Source: Myxococcota bacterium
GTDB lineage: Bacteria; Myxococcota; UBA4151
Direction of reading: 5' to 3'
DNA length: 45,532 bases
Assembly: GCA_040260805.1 (NCBI GenBank)
Contig: JBDQPD010000014.1
Span: 1 to 45,532, forward strand
How positions within the stretch are numbered: position 1 is the first letter of the stretch; every line of letters begins with the position of its first letter. The translations under genes were made by a program, and so were the position numbers. This document shows, in pieces, positions 1 to 8,136 of the stretch. Under the pieces are notes generated by a model. That model was given only the letters and a program-made list of their open reading frames with translations. It was not told where the DNA came from and did no database searches.

Positions 1-814
1 GCGCAAAGAACTCAACGAACCGAGCGCCCATGGCGTCGCATTCATCAGGGGTCATGCTCTCCCAGGCGTCCTTGAGCAGTCGACCATCGAGGCGATCCAT
101 CACCAGAAGGTCCGACCGACACAGCTCAAGTACAGGCTTCGGGACCACGACCTCGTCGATGGTCTCGGCGAACCCACCAAAGATCGTCAGATGGTTGGCT
201 TCTCGCAAATAATCAGCCTCACCGGCAAAGACATCGCTAATCTCGGCAATGTACTCGTCGACTCGCCCTTTTAAACCAGGGATCGGCGTCAATTTGAGCA
301 CGGCGCGCAAGTTCGACATATCGGACCGAATGGTGCCAGCGATGCCAGGGTATTGGACCTTGACCGCCACACGGCGACCGTCGAGCAAGGTTGCGCCGTG
401 AACCTGACCCAGGCTAGCGGCGCCCAAAACCTGCTCTTCGAGCTCTAAAAACACCGCCTCGATGGGCTCACCGAGCCGCTCTTCGACCAAGCTCTTAACC
501 TGGCTAAAGGGCATCGGTGGAGCCTGTCGTTGGAGCACCGCAAGCGCTTTGCGCATCTCGGGCGGTAACACCTCGTTATCAACGCTCAACATCTGACCGA
601 GCTTCATCGCAGCACCTTTGAGCTCGCCCATCGTCTCAGCCAGTCGAGCCCCGGCGCTGCTCAAGCGATCAGAATGCGCCTGCTGGCGAGCTTCCGCCTG
701 CCGCACCGCATCGACCACGCGGTCGCCTAGATAACGACTTGAGGCGCCAAGCGCCGCAGCGCCAAGCTTGCCCAAACGCGCAAACCGACCGGTTCGAAAG
801 TCTCCACCTGCCAT
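1..814 (-). CDS. ABC1/UbiB/AarF-family (Coq8-like) atypical protein kinase, truncated by the window edge
   Basis: Not in the ORF track because it runs off the window. Manual translation from ATG 814 gives MAGGDFRTGRFARLGKLG...ELKGAAMKLGQMLSVD...AASLGQVH...VAVKVQYPG, containing the KxGQ, AASxxQVH and VAVKVQ motifs of ABC1 kinases. Confidence 0.9.
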   Translation of the reverse strand, partial: MAGGDFRTGRFARLGKLGAAALGASSRYLGDRVVDAVRQAEARQQAHSDRLSSAGARLAETMGELKGAAMKLGQMLSVDNEVLPPEMRKALAVLQRQAPPMPFSQVKSLVEERLGEPIEAVFLELEEQVLGAASLGQVHGATLLDGRRVAVKVQYPGIAGTIRSDMSNLRAVLKLTPIPGLKGRVDEYIAEISDVFAGEADYLREANHLTIFGGFAETIDEVVVPKPVLELCRSDLLVMDRLDGRLLKDAWESMTPDECDAMGARFVEFFA

Positions 815-890
815 CTCGATGCTCCGATCACCTTCTTGAGGTAGACTTAGAATGCTCGCAAGCGCTACCAAGCGCGACGGAATTTATGAC

Positions 891-1979
891 GTGATCCCTG
901 TAATTATTTTTAGCATCGTCCACAGCGCACCCTTGCGCGACTGCTCTGAGCAGCGGCCGTGCTACATTACCGCCTACAAAGACGCTGAAGGAACCCGAGG
1001 GCAAGTTTTGGACTGGTTTTGTCGTGATCACAGCTACGACGGTCACAAAGGCACTGACTTCGGTATTGGCGGATTTGATGAGATGGATCGCGGCCGGCCG
1101 GTTTTCGCAACGGCAGCCGGGCAGGTGGTCGCCGTCGCTGATGGATTCGAAGATCGGTGCACCTCGGGTCAATGCGAAGGTGGCGGCGGTTTAGGCAACC
1201 ACGTGATCATCGATCACGCCGAAGGCTGGCAGAGTCGCTTTGGTCATCTGCGCAACGGCTCGATCCGAGTGCAAGCAGGCGACGACGTCGACTGCTCGAC
1301 TCAGCTTGGTGAGGTCGGCAGCTCAGGGTACTCCACCGGACCTCATCTGCATTTTGAGGTCCGACAAAACAATCGACCGGTGGAGACCTTTTCGGGAGAT
1401 TGCGGCGCGCCGGTTTCGATCTGGCGAGACCAAAACGGGTACCGACAACTACCGAGCAGCGAATGCCCCGTCATTGGACTCGATGACAGCCAGGTGGTCG
1501 ATGAGAACCTCCCAGACGGGAGCCTGGCAGAGACCGGCTCGACGCTGGAGAAGCGCTGGGTGATCCGAAACGTCGGAACCAGCACCTGGGACGACACGGT
1601 ACAAGCCGTTCTCATGAGCGCTAGCGGGTGGTCTGCGCCAGCCACGGTCGCACTCGCCGGAGCCGTCGAGCCCGGCGAAACGACCACGATAGGTATTGAT
1701 CTTGAGGTGCCTTTAGCCGCTCAAGAACAGCTTGAGCTGCGCTATCAGTTGCAACGAAACAACGTGCCCTTTGGCGCCGTATTTTGGCTTGAGCTGCAAA
1801 GCGCCGAGCCAAACACAGACGCCGGCATGAGCAGCGACGCGGGCAGTCGAGACAGCGGAGCAAATGCCCCGGTCGCTCCGGAGCCGGGCGAGAGCTGTGG
1901 TTGCAGCCAGACCTCGGTCAGCTGGATGCTATGGATGGTGCCTTTGGCGCTTCGCCGGCGCGCTATTTACCCGCGCTGA
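891..1979 (+). CDS. M23-family metallopeptidase with NBR1-type Ig-like domain and MYXO-CTERM-like anchor
   Basis: HKGTD and STGPHLHFEV zinc motifs. DENLPDG...KRWVIRNVGTSTW resembles the NBR1-Ig domain. C-terminus CGC...WMLWMVPLALRRR. Start uncertain: ATG 852 or GTG 891. Confidence 0.85.
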   Translation: MIPVIIFSIVHSAPLRDCSEQRPCYITAYKDAEGTRGQVLDWFCRDHSYDGHKGTDFGIGGFDEMDRGRPVFATAAGQVVAVADGFEDRCTSGQCEGGGGLGNHVIIDHAEGWQSRFGHLRNGSIRVQAGDDVDCSTQLGEVGSSGYSTGPHLHFEVRQNNRPVETFSGDCGAPVSIWRDQNGYRQLPSSECPVIGLDDSQVVDENLPDGSLAETGSTLEKRWVIRNVGTSTWDDTVQAVLMSASGWSAPATVALAGAVEPGETTTIGIDLEVPLAAQEQLELRYQLQRNNVPFGAVFWLELQSAEPNTDAGMSSDAGSRDSGANAPVAPEPGESCGCSQTSVSWMLWMVPLALRRRAIYPR

Positions 1980-3024
1980 ACTGAGCGACAACGCCGCCTG
2001 ATTTCGGATCAACGAGCTGAATCTCAGCGATCATTCGACCGCGCCGAGTCAACACCGTACCGACCACGACAGCGTCCATCTTCTTAGCCAACCGACGCTT
2101 GCGGCCGTCGCTCATCTTATCGAAACCTCGAATCGCTGAGCGTTTGCCGAGTTGGCAGCCTTTTTTCGTGCCCTTAAGCTGGCTGAGCACCTGCTTGGTC
2201 AGGTCCTTACCGTCGAACCCCGTCGCGCCGCGCATGGTGAACTCAGCGACACCGAGTCGGATCGGTTGCGCCTGGACCATCAGCCCGGGAACAGCCGCCC
2301 CCGAGATACTCGTCGCCACGAAGACGCCCGTGCTGCTGCGCGAGCCAACGGTCGCTAGCTCGATCTCACCGATCTCTTCCCCGCCGCTAAAGACGGAGAC
2401 GGCGGACCCTTCGGACAAGAAATGATTCGAGCCTAAGTTGATGGTGACGTTACCCGCCAAGTTCTTCGTCACCTTGCCACGGTGGCGCAGGCGCGCACGG
2501 CAGACGTTGCGCTCGATCCCCTTCCAGATCCGAAGACCGAAGCGAGGATCAAATGCGACCGATGCACCCTGACCACCGCTGAGCTCATTGGCTAGGCCTT
2601 GAAGGAGCTCCTCAAGGGCGTCTGGATCGCTCCAGCTCAAACGCTTAACGATCGCGGCCTTGCCTGAATTCACGTCCAGAAAACGTACGTTGAGGTTCAT
2701 CTTTGAGCCCAAGCGACCGAGCTCGCCGACCACGAGATAGTTGGCATGAACCATCATCCCGAGCTCGATGATTTGATCCGGCGAGGCCATAGCGATTTCG
2801 AGCTGCTTCTCGGCCATCACCTTGTCCATGTGGTCTCGGTCGAGCACGTCGTATTTGCCGAGTTGGGCGAGCATCGTGCCCAAGGTCCGGCTGATCATCA
2901 TGGCGTCGTTGACGCCATACTTAGCGGCCTTAAAGGGCATCACTGCGATCGTCTTTTTATCTTCAGCCGCAGCAGCAGGCGCGGACGCCAAAACAAAACA
3001 TGAACACAGCATCAACACACGCAT
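1963..3024 (-). CDS. Secreted CsgG/FlgO/TolB-N-like protein with a FlgT-C-like middle domain
   Basis: Signal peptide ending APAAAAE. TIAVMPF...YDVLDRDHMDKVMAEK...LGMMVHANYLVVG...LNVRFLDVNSG fits the CsgG/TolB-N fold. VTINLGSNHFLSEG...GEIELATVG is FlgT-C-like. A second TolB-N-like domain (LGVAEF...DAVVVG...IQLVDPKSG) ends the protein. Confidence 0.7.
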   Translation of the reverse strand: MRVLMLCSCFVLASAPAAAAEDKKTIAVMPFKAAKYGVNDAMMISRTLGTMLAQLGKYDVLDRDHMDKVMAEKQLEIAMASPDQIIELGMMVHANYLVVGELGRLGSKMNLNVRFLDVNSGKAAIVKRLSWSDPDALEELLQGLANELSGGQGASVAFDPRFGLRIWKGIERNVCRARLRHRGKVTKNLAGNVTINLGSNHFLSEGSAVSVFSGGEEIGEIELATVGSRSSTGVFVATSISGAAVPGLMVQAQPIRLGVAEFTMRGATGFDGKDLTKQVLSQLKGTKKGCQLGKRSAIRGFDKMSDGRKRRLAKKMDAVVVGTVLTRRGRMIAEIQLVDPKSGGVVAQFSAGK

Positions 3025-3027
3025 AAA

Positions 3028-3894
3028 CTAATCCTTCTTCGATGATGCTTTAGACGCCGCTTTGGGGCTTTTCGCATCTTCTTTTGAGTCCTTAGGCGAC
3101 TTCGCCTTGGTTGAAGTCTTGGACTTCGAGGCTTCGCCTTTATTCATCTTTTTCGGCTTGCCAGTTTCCGGGGCAGCCTCTCCAGCGGGCGCCGGCTTGG
3201 CTGGGTCTGCCTTGGGTTGAGCCGGTGGCTTAGCTGCTGAGTCGTCGCCCGGAGCAGCCGGAGCCGGTTTTGCAAGCGACTCGGACTTCTCGACTTCAAC
3301 CTTTGCTGCAGCCTCTTCGGCTTCTTTTTTTGCCTCTGCCTGAGCTGCCTCTTGGGCTTCTAAGTCCTGGCGAACGCGCTCGCTGAGCTCCGCTTGAGGC
3401 TCAAGCTTCGCCCACTGATCTTTGAGCCATTTAGGGTCCATCGGCTCCGCTTTAACTCCCTTAGCGCCTTGGGCAATCTCTGCACGCAGGGGTCCAAGCA
3501 ACTCTTGCTCATCCATGAACTCTCGTTGAAGTTGCCGGTCGACCTCTTCAGCGGTGAGCTCCATACGACTCACCACCTCTCCGGTCGCAGGGTCGGTGTA
3601 GCGATCGGTGACCTTGGCTAGGCGGGTCAATGCGATAAAGGCTCGCTCCGCCTTAGCCTGCTCTTTAATGTTGGCGCTGATCGCTTGATTTAACCAAGTG
3701 TTGGCGATCCCAGCGGTACAGCGTGCTGCAGCCCAGTCCGCCGCGCGGACGCCACCGTCAGCCCCCGAATGACCAAGGCAAACGATGCGGTCCGAGATCC
3801 AGCCTTGCTCGGCTTGCAACCAGCTAGGACCACGCTGCGCCTGCAGCTGGGCACAGCCACCCACAACCAGCATCATCGACAAGAAACGCTTCAT
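3028..3894 (-). CDS. Lipoprotein, possibly LPP20-like, with an Ala/Pro/Lys-rich disordered tail
   Basis: Lipobox VGGC followed by PSWL...IVCLG...AADWAAAR...VTDRYTDPATGEVVS, similar to neighbouring genes. Long low-complexity C-terminus. Confidence 0.6.
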   Translation of the reverse strand: MKRFLSMMLVVGGCAQLQAQRGPSWLQAEQGWISDRIVCLGHSGADGGVRAADWAAARCTAGIANTWLNQAISANIKEQAKAERAFIALTRLAKVTDRYTDPATGEVVSRMELTAEEVDRQLQREFMDEQELLGPLRAEIAQGAKGVKAEPMDPKWLKDQWAKLEPQAELSERVRQDLEAQEAAQAEAKKEAEEAAAKVEVEKSESLAKPAPAAPGDDSAAKPPAQPKADPAKPAPAGEAAPETGKPKKMNKGEASKSKTSTKAKSPKDSKEDAKSPKAASKASSKKD

Positions 3895-4367
3895 CCGCCA
3901 TCTCCTTGAGGAACCGAAAGCAACAGATAGTACACTCTACCACCGACTCCGCTATAACGACCGTGCAGGTCCACCCACTCAGCCTCTACCCTCAGGTCGT
4001 TGAGAACAGACTTGATGAGGGTCTCGGACTCCTCGCCCACAGCGGCCTGAGTTCGACCCTCCGAGCCTCCTGAGGCCTTGAGATGGTCGTAACTCCGCGC
4101 CACCACACGCACTTCGCCCAAGCTACGCGCTAGGTTACGAGCCCCACGCTCCAAGGCAACTTTTCGCGCATCGCCGGGCATGCCGGTCGGGCCGCCCTTC
4201 GCGACGGTATAAAGACGCCCGTCTTTACTGCTGACGTGGCCTTTGACCCAGTCTGGCGGCGTCGGTACCGCTGCAGAGGGGCTGTGAACACAGCCCGAAA
4301 AAAGCATGAGAGCGACCTGCAAGCTGATGCCTACAGGTCGCCTCAAACTGCCACGAAGGGCGGTCAT
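3891..4367 (-). CDS. LPP20-like lipoprotein
   Basis: Likely ATG at 4367, directly after the upstream stop. Lipobox FSGC, then PPDWV...LYTVAKG...ARKVALERGARNLARSL...EAEWVD...VYYLLLSV. Confidence 0.7.
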   Translation of the reverse strand: MTALRGSLRRPVGISLQVALMLFSGCVHSPSAAVPTPPDWVKGHVSSKDGRLYTVAKGGPTGMPGDARKVALERGARNLARSLGEVRVVARSYDHLKASGGSEGRTQAAVGEESETLIKSVLNDLRVEAEWVDLHGRYSGVGGRVYYLLLSVPQGDGG

Positions 4368-4368
4368 G

Positions 4369-4920
4369 CTATTCCTTACGGCGAGCATCCAGAGCGTCAT
4401 GAGCAGCACCGGCGCGAGCCTTGATCGCTGCAGAAGCGCGCTTGGACAGCTTCTCGACGGTGTCGATGGTCTCACCGAAGGCGTCCATGTTCAGGTACGA
4501 CAAAGCGTATTCGGTACCATCAGCGGCGACCCAGTGATCGACAATCTGAACACCGGCAAGCTTGACGTCGGTGAAGACCTGACTGGCTTCCTCGGAGTTC
4601 TCTTCGAAGTTCTCTTTTTCGCCGTCAGAGACGGTCGACAGATAGTCTTTGAACAGGCTGGTCACCTCGGAGCTGAACACCTTGGCGAGCTCGACACGCG
4701 CACGGTTATCCGATTGCTTGCGGCGCATCGCTGCGTTCTTTGAGGTGCCGATACCCACCGCATAGAAGCCTTTGCCGTGCGGCGCATCAAAGGCGCCACC
4801 GCCGCGATTGGTCCAAGCCGGACCGCCGGTCACGTCAGAAGTTGCGGCAGGTGCCGAAGCACAAGCAACCATGCCAAAGGCAGCGGCTGCGACAAACCAG
4901 TTTTGAGCACTCTTAATCAT
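4369..4920 (-). CDS. LPP20-family lipoprotein
   Basis: Purine-rich RBS, lipobox MVAC, then GPAWT...FYAVGIG...DNRARVELAKVF...VKLAGVQIVDHW...YAL, the LPP20 pattern. Confidence 0.8.
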   Translation of the reverse strand: MIKSAQNWFVAAAAFGMVACASAPAATSDVTGGPAWTNRGGGAFDAPHGKGFYAVGIGTSKNAAMRRKQSDNRARVELAKVFSSEVTSLFKDYLSTVSDGEKENFEENSEEASQVFTDVKLAGVQIVDHWVAADGTEYALSYLNMDAFGETIDTVEKLSKRASAAIKARAGAAHDALDARRKE

Positions 4921-4980
4921 TGTTCTTCCTCTCCCCCATTGGCGGGTTCGATCTTATGGACGACGGGCGTCCGTGCTTAT

Positions 4981-6483
4981 TCACTCACCGGTCATCGACC
5001 GGATCAAATCCTTAATTAATAATCCTGGGAGGCGCTTCTCAATCTGAGCGGTGGCCTCTCCATCACCTGACGCGGTGCCGCGCACTTTGCGGCGTGCCTG
5101 AAGCGCAACCCCGGTGTTGCTGCGCAGGTTGAGGGTCGCCATCACGCTGCAGGTGCGGCGCATACTCAGATCACGGCAGCCCAAGTCATCAATGGCTAGG
5201 CTCAAAGCCCAGACGCTGTCATTGCCCGGAGTGATCCCGAGGCGCTGACTCAGCGCGGTGAGCATACCCGCCTCAAGCGTTCCTTCGACGCGCACCGGAA
5301 GCGGCGATAAGCTGAGCTCGACCTCTCGGCGAAGCGCGTTGAGCTCACGGCCAAACTGGCGCTTGAGCCAGCGGTTCTCGCGGAAATCAACGCTGGCGAG
5401 CGTCGCAAGGTCGACCTGAGCCCGTAATCGAGGCGTTCGGCCAAAGATACGAACCTTGGTCATCGTCGCCAAACCAGCGTTGGTCGAGGTCAGGCCCAAA
5501 GGATAAGCTACGCCACCCGACACGCTAAACCGAACCGGAACCCCGTTAGCGGCTTGTCCGTTGTTGGTGACTCGAATCGAGATCCGATCAAACAAATCGC
5601 CCGAGTTACCCGACAGCGCACCGACTGATTCAAGTCGAATCAGGCCCGCTGCGCTGCGCACTAAGCCTTCGATCACCGCATCGGCTTGCTTGCCATCGAT
5701 CTCGACCGGCATGCCAAACAGGTTACGACGAGCGACCGCAGCGCGCAGAGCGGCCGCGAGGGTGTTGACGCCATCATCCTTGGCTAAATGAGCCCGAGCC
5801 TCTTCGACGCGATCATAGACCTCGGCCTTGAGCGACTCGAGGCGAGCCAACATCAAGGCGTCGAGCTCTGCCTTGTTAAATCGAGCCAGGACAAAGACCA
5901 GCTTCTTGTCTTGATAGCGGTCATGCAGCTCGACGCCCTCAAGGCTGGCGTCGACGTGGCTGGTGATCGCTTCAGAGAAGCTGCTGATCGAAGCCGTCGT
6001 GCCGCCTTGAGTAAACTCGGCTTGGTAATCCTTGGCCTTGCCTTTGATCTGAACTTTGAGCTGGCTCGCCACCTCGTTGTAAGCGCGATCTCGAGCCTGC
6101 GCCCAGGCGTCGTCCATGACCTTCTCGTCGGCGTACGCGGCGCTGCCTAAGCCAAAGATATAGGTCCCGTCAGCAGGCGGGGGGTTCTTGGTCCAGCCCG
6201 GCCGCTCTTTACGAATTTCTGCTCGTTTGGGCGGCTCGACCTTTGGCCGCGGCTTACGCTGACGCAGCGTATCCAGAGCTTGGGGTCGTTTCTCGAGCTC
6301 TTTGCGACGCGCTTTTGCGGTCGTCGCCGCTCGACGAGACTTGACCCCACGGTGAGCGCCCGCTGCGCGGTTTTTGATCGCCGCTGCCTTGGAGGCGCTC
6401 ATACCGCCCGACGCGGACGGAGCGGGCGCCGTAGCGCAGGCTAAACCCGTTACTGTCAGCACAGCCATCAGTTCTCGACGCAT
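4981..6483 (-). CDS. Large LPP20-domain lipoprotein with a C-terminal Ig-like region
   Basis: GGAGG RBS before ATG 6483. Lipobox GLAC, basic linker, then RPGWT...YIFGLG...ARDRAYNEVASQL...LEGVELHDRY...VFVLAR. Later ISIRVTNNGQAANGVPVRF is Ig/invasin-like. Confidence 0.75.
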   Translation of the reverse strand: MRRELMAVLTVTGLACATAPAPSASGGMSASKAAAIKNRAAGAHRGVKSRRAATTAKARRKELEKRPQALDTLRQRKPRPKVEPPKRAEIRKERPGWTKNPPPADGTYIFGLGSAAYADEKVMDDAWAQARDRAYNEVASQLKVQIKGKAKDYQAEFTQGGTTASISSFSEAITSHVDASLEGVELHDRYQDKKLVFVLARFNKAELDALMLARLESLKAEVYDRVEEARAHLAKDDGVNTLAAALRAAVARRNLFGMPVEIDGKQADAVIEGLVRSAAGLIRLESVGALSGNSGDLFDRISIRVTNNGQAANGVPVRFSVSGGVAYPLGLTSTNAGLATMTKVRIFGRTPRLRAQVDLATLASVDFRENRWLKRQFGRELNALRREVELSLSPLPVRVEGTLEAGMLTALSQRLGITPGNDSVWALSLAIDDLGCRDLSMRRTCSVMATLNLRSNTGVALQARRKVRGTASGDGEATAQIEKRLPGLLIKDLIRSMTGE

Positions 6484-6540
6484 GATCGCCTCCCTCACGA
6501 ACCCTGCGACGTCGCAGAGTTCAACCGCATTCAAATCGAA

Positions 6541-8127
6541 CTAGAAGTGGAACAACAAACTAGCGCTGCCGCCAGGGCCCGCAGGGCTCAGGCCACCTTG
6601 GAGTTGCAGAGCGCCCCAGCCACCAAACATGGTCTCAAGAACCGCCTGGGCGTCTGGCATGAACTGCGGATCACCGCCGCTGCCATCATCGACGCCAGCA
6701 GCACCGAGTCGGAACCCAGTGCCGAAGCGGCCGCTGTAGAACAACTTCTTGATGCCCAAAGCACCAGCCGCTGAGTCAGCATCCATTGGGGCGTACAATG
6801 AACCATAAAGCCAAGTTTCAGAAAGACCCGCCGAGTTGAAGGCGTAGCCCAAGTTCGTAGCGATTTCGAGCTGAAGGTAGGTGCCTCCACCCAAGGCTAA
6901 ACTGGCCCCCCGACTCGGGTCTTCAACCAGCTGCTTCCCTAAGCTGCCTTTACCGGTCAGGCGCTGCGCCCAGCTGTTGGCTTTCTTGTTCTTCTCGTTG
7001 TTACCGACCTCACGCACGCGGGAGTAGCCGACGAACTTACGCTTATTGTCTTGGTTGTACTCGACAATATACATGCCTTGATCGATGCGAAGGCCTTCTC
7101 GTTTGCCTAGGTTAAACCCGAGCTCGGTCTGCTTTTTGCGCACATCGATGACCGGCGCTTTAAGGCGGAACTCTTCGATGCGGCGCATCTGCAAGGAGAC
7201 TGAGCCACCCACCGAGTTCGCCGCGCTTTGGCACGCTGGGCGTGGTTTGTCGGCGGTATGATTGGCCGCGCCGCGCACCGTGGCGAACTTGGTGCTGTAA
7301 GGGAACTTATGCTTGAGGTGATAGAAGTCGACCTTTGCGCCAAGCGTGCACTTGTACTGCCACTTGATCTTCTTCTTCACGCAGACGCGCTTGCCGTTAA
7401 CTTGCTTGTACTGAACGCAGACGCGCTCTTTGCCGTATTTCTGGCAGACCTTCTTGGTGACCCATTTGCCGTTAACTTTAACCTTTTTGGTGACCTCTTT
7501 GAGGCAGACCTTCTTGGCAAAGCGCTTGATCTTCGCTTTGGTGAGCTCGGTCTCGTAGAAGTACGCCGAGTTTCGGATACGTTCCAGATCGACCGCTTTG
7601 ATGTCGTACGCTTTGTAGCGCTCGAGGTACTCGGCGTCGGCCTTAGCTTTGTCTTGTGTGTTCGCCTTCATGAACTCCGAGAAACCCTTAAGAACTTGCG
7701 GCGTGGGGCGAGTGCCCCAGGGCAGATCCACAAAGTCAAAGCGCTTAAGGCGCGTCGCTCGCCCGACCGACTGTCCGACCATTTCACTGAGCCAGCGGAT
7801 CGTGAAGACGTTGCGCCCCTGCAAAGCTGCGAGGCCGATCATGGCGAAGCCTAAAGGCTTAGCGCCAAAGTAGAGCAAGGTCTTGCGCTTATACTTCTCG
7901 GCGCTGCGGTCCACCTGAGAGGCGGCGTCTTTATCCCGGTCGCTAGCCGCTGGGGCTGGCGCCTCGGGAGCAGCCGGGGCTTGCTCAGCATCGGAGCGCA
8001 TCTCGGCGGCATTATCGGCAGCCTCTCCGCGGACAGAGTCTGCGCTTTTGTAACGATCTTGGGCGCTGGCGAGCGCCGGCACAAGGAGCGAGAGAACAAC
8101 AAGACAACGTAGCATATTTCGTATCAT
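6541..8127 (-). CDS. Secreted multidomain protein: CsgG/FlgT-like core, Lys/Cys hairpin insert, FlgT-C-like domain and probable C-terminal beta-barrel
   Basis: SPI signal ending ALASAQ. FNLGKREGLRIDQG...VGYSRVREVG is FlgT-C-like. The Gly/aromatic amphipathic C-terminal region ends in ...SASLLFHF, with a terminal Phe typical of outer-membrane barrels. Confidence 0.55.
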   Translation of the reverse strand: MIRNMLRCLVVLSLLVPALASAQDRYKSADSVRGEAADNAAEMRSDAEQAPAAPEAPAPAASDRDKDAASQVDRSAEKYKRKTLLYFGAKPLGFAMIGLAALQGRNVFTIRWLSEMVGQSVGRATRLKRFDFVDLPWGTRPTPQVLKGFSEFMKANTQDKAKADAEYLERYKAYDIKAVDLERIRNSAYFYETELTKAKIKRFAKKVCLKEVTKKVKVNGKWVTKKVCQKYGKERVCVQYKQVNGKRVCVKKKIKWQYKCTLGAKVDFYHLKHKFPYSTKFATVRGAANHTADKPRPACQSAANSVGGSVSLQMRRIEEFRLKAPVIDVRKKQTELGFNLGKREGLRIDQGMYIVEYNQDNKRKFVGYSRVREVGNNEKNKKANSWAQRLTGKGSLGKQLVEDPSRGASLALGGGTYLQLEIATNLGYAFNSAGLSETWLYGSLYAPMDADSAAGALGIKKLFYSGRFGTGFRLGAAGVDDGSGGDPQFMPDAQAVLETMFGGWGALQLQGGLSPAGPGGSASLLFHF

Positions 8128-8136
8128 CCTAAGCGC

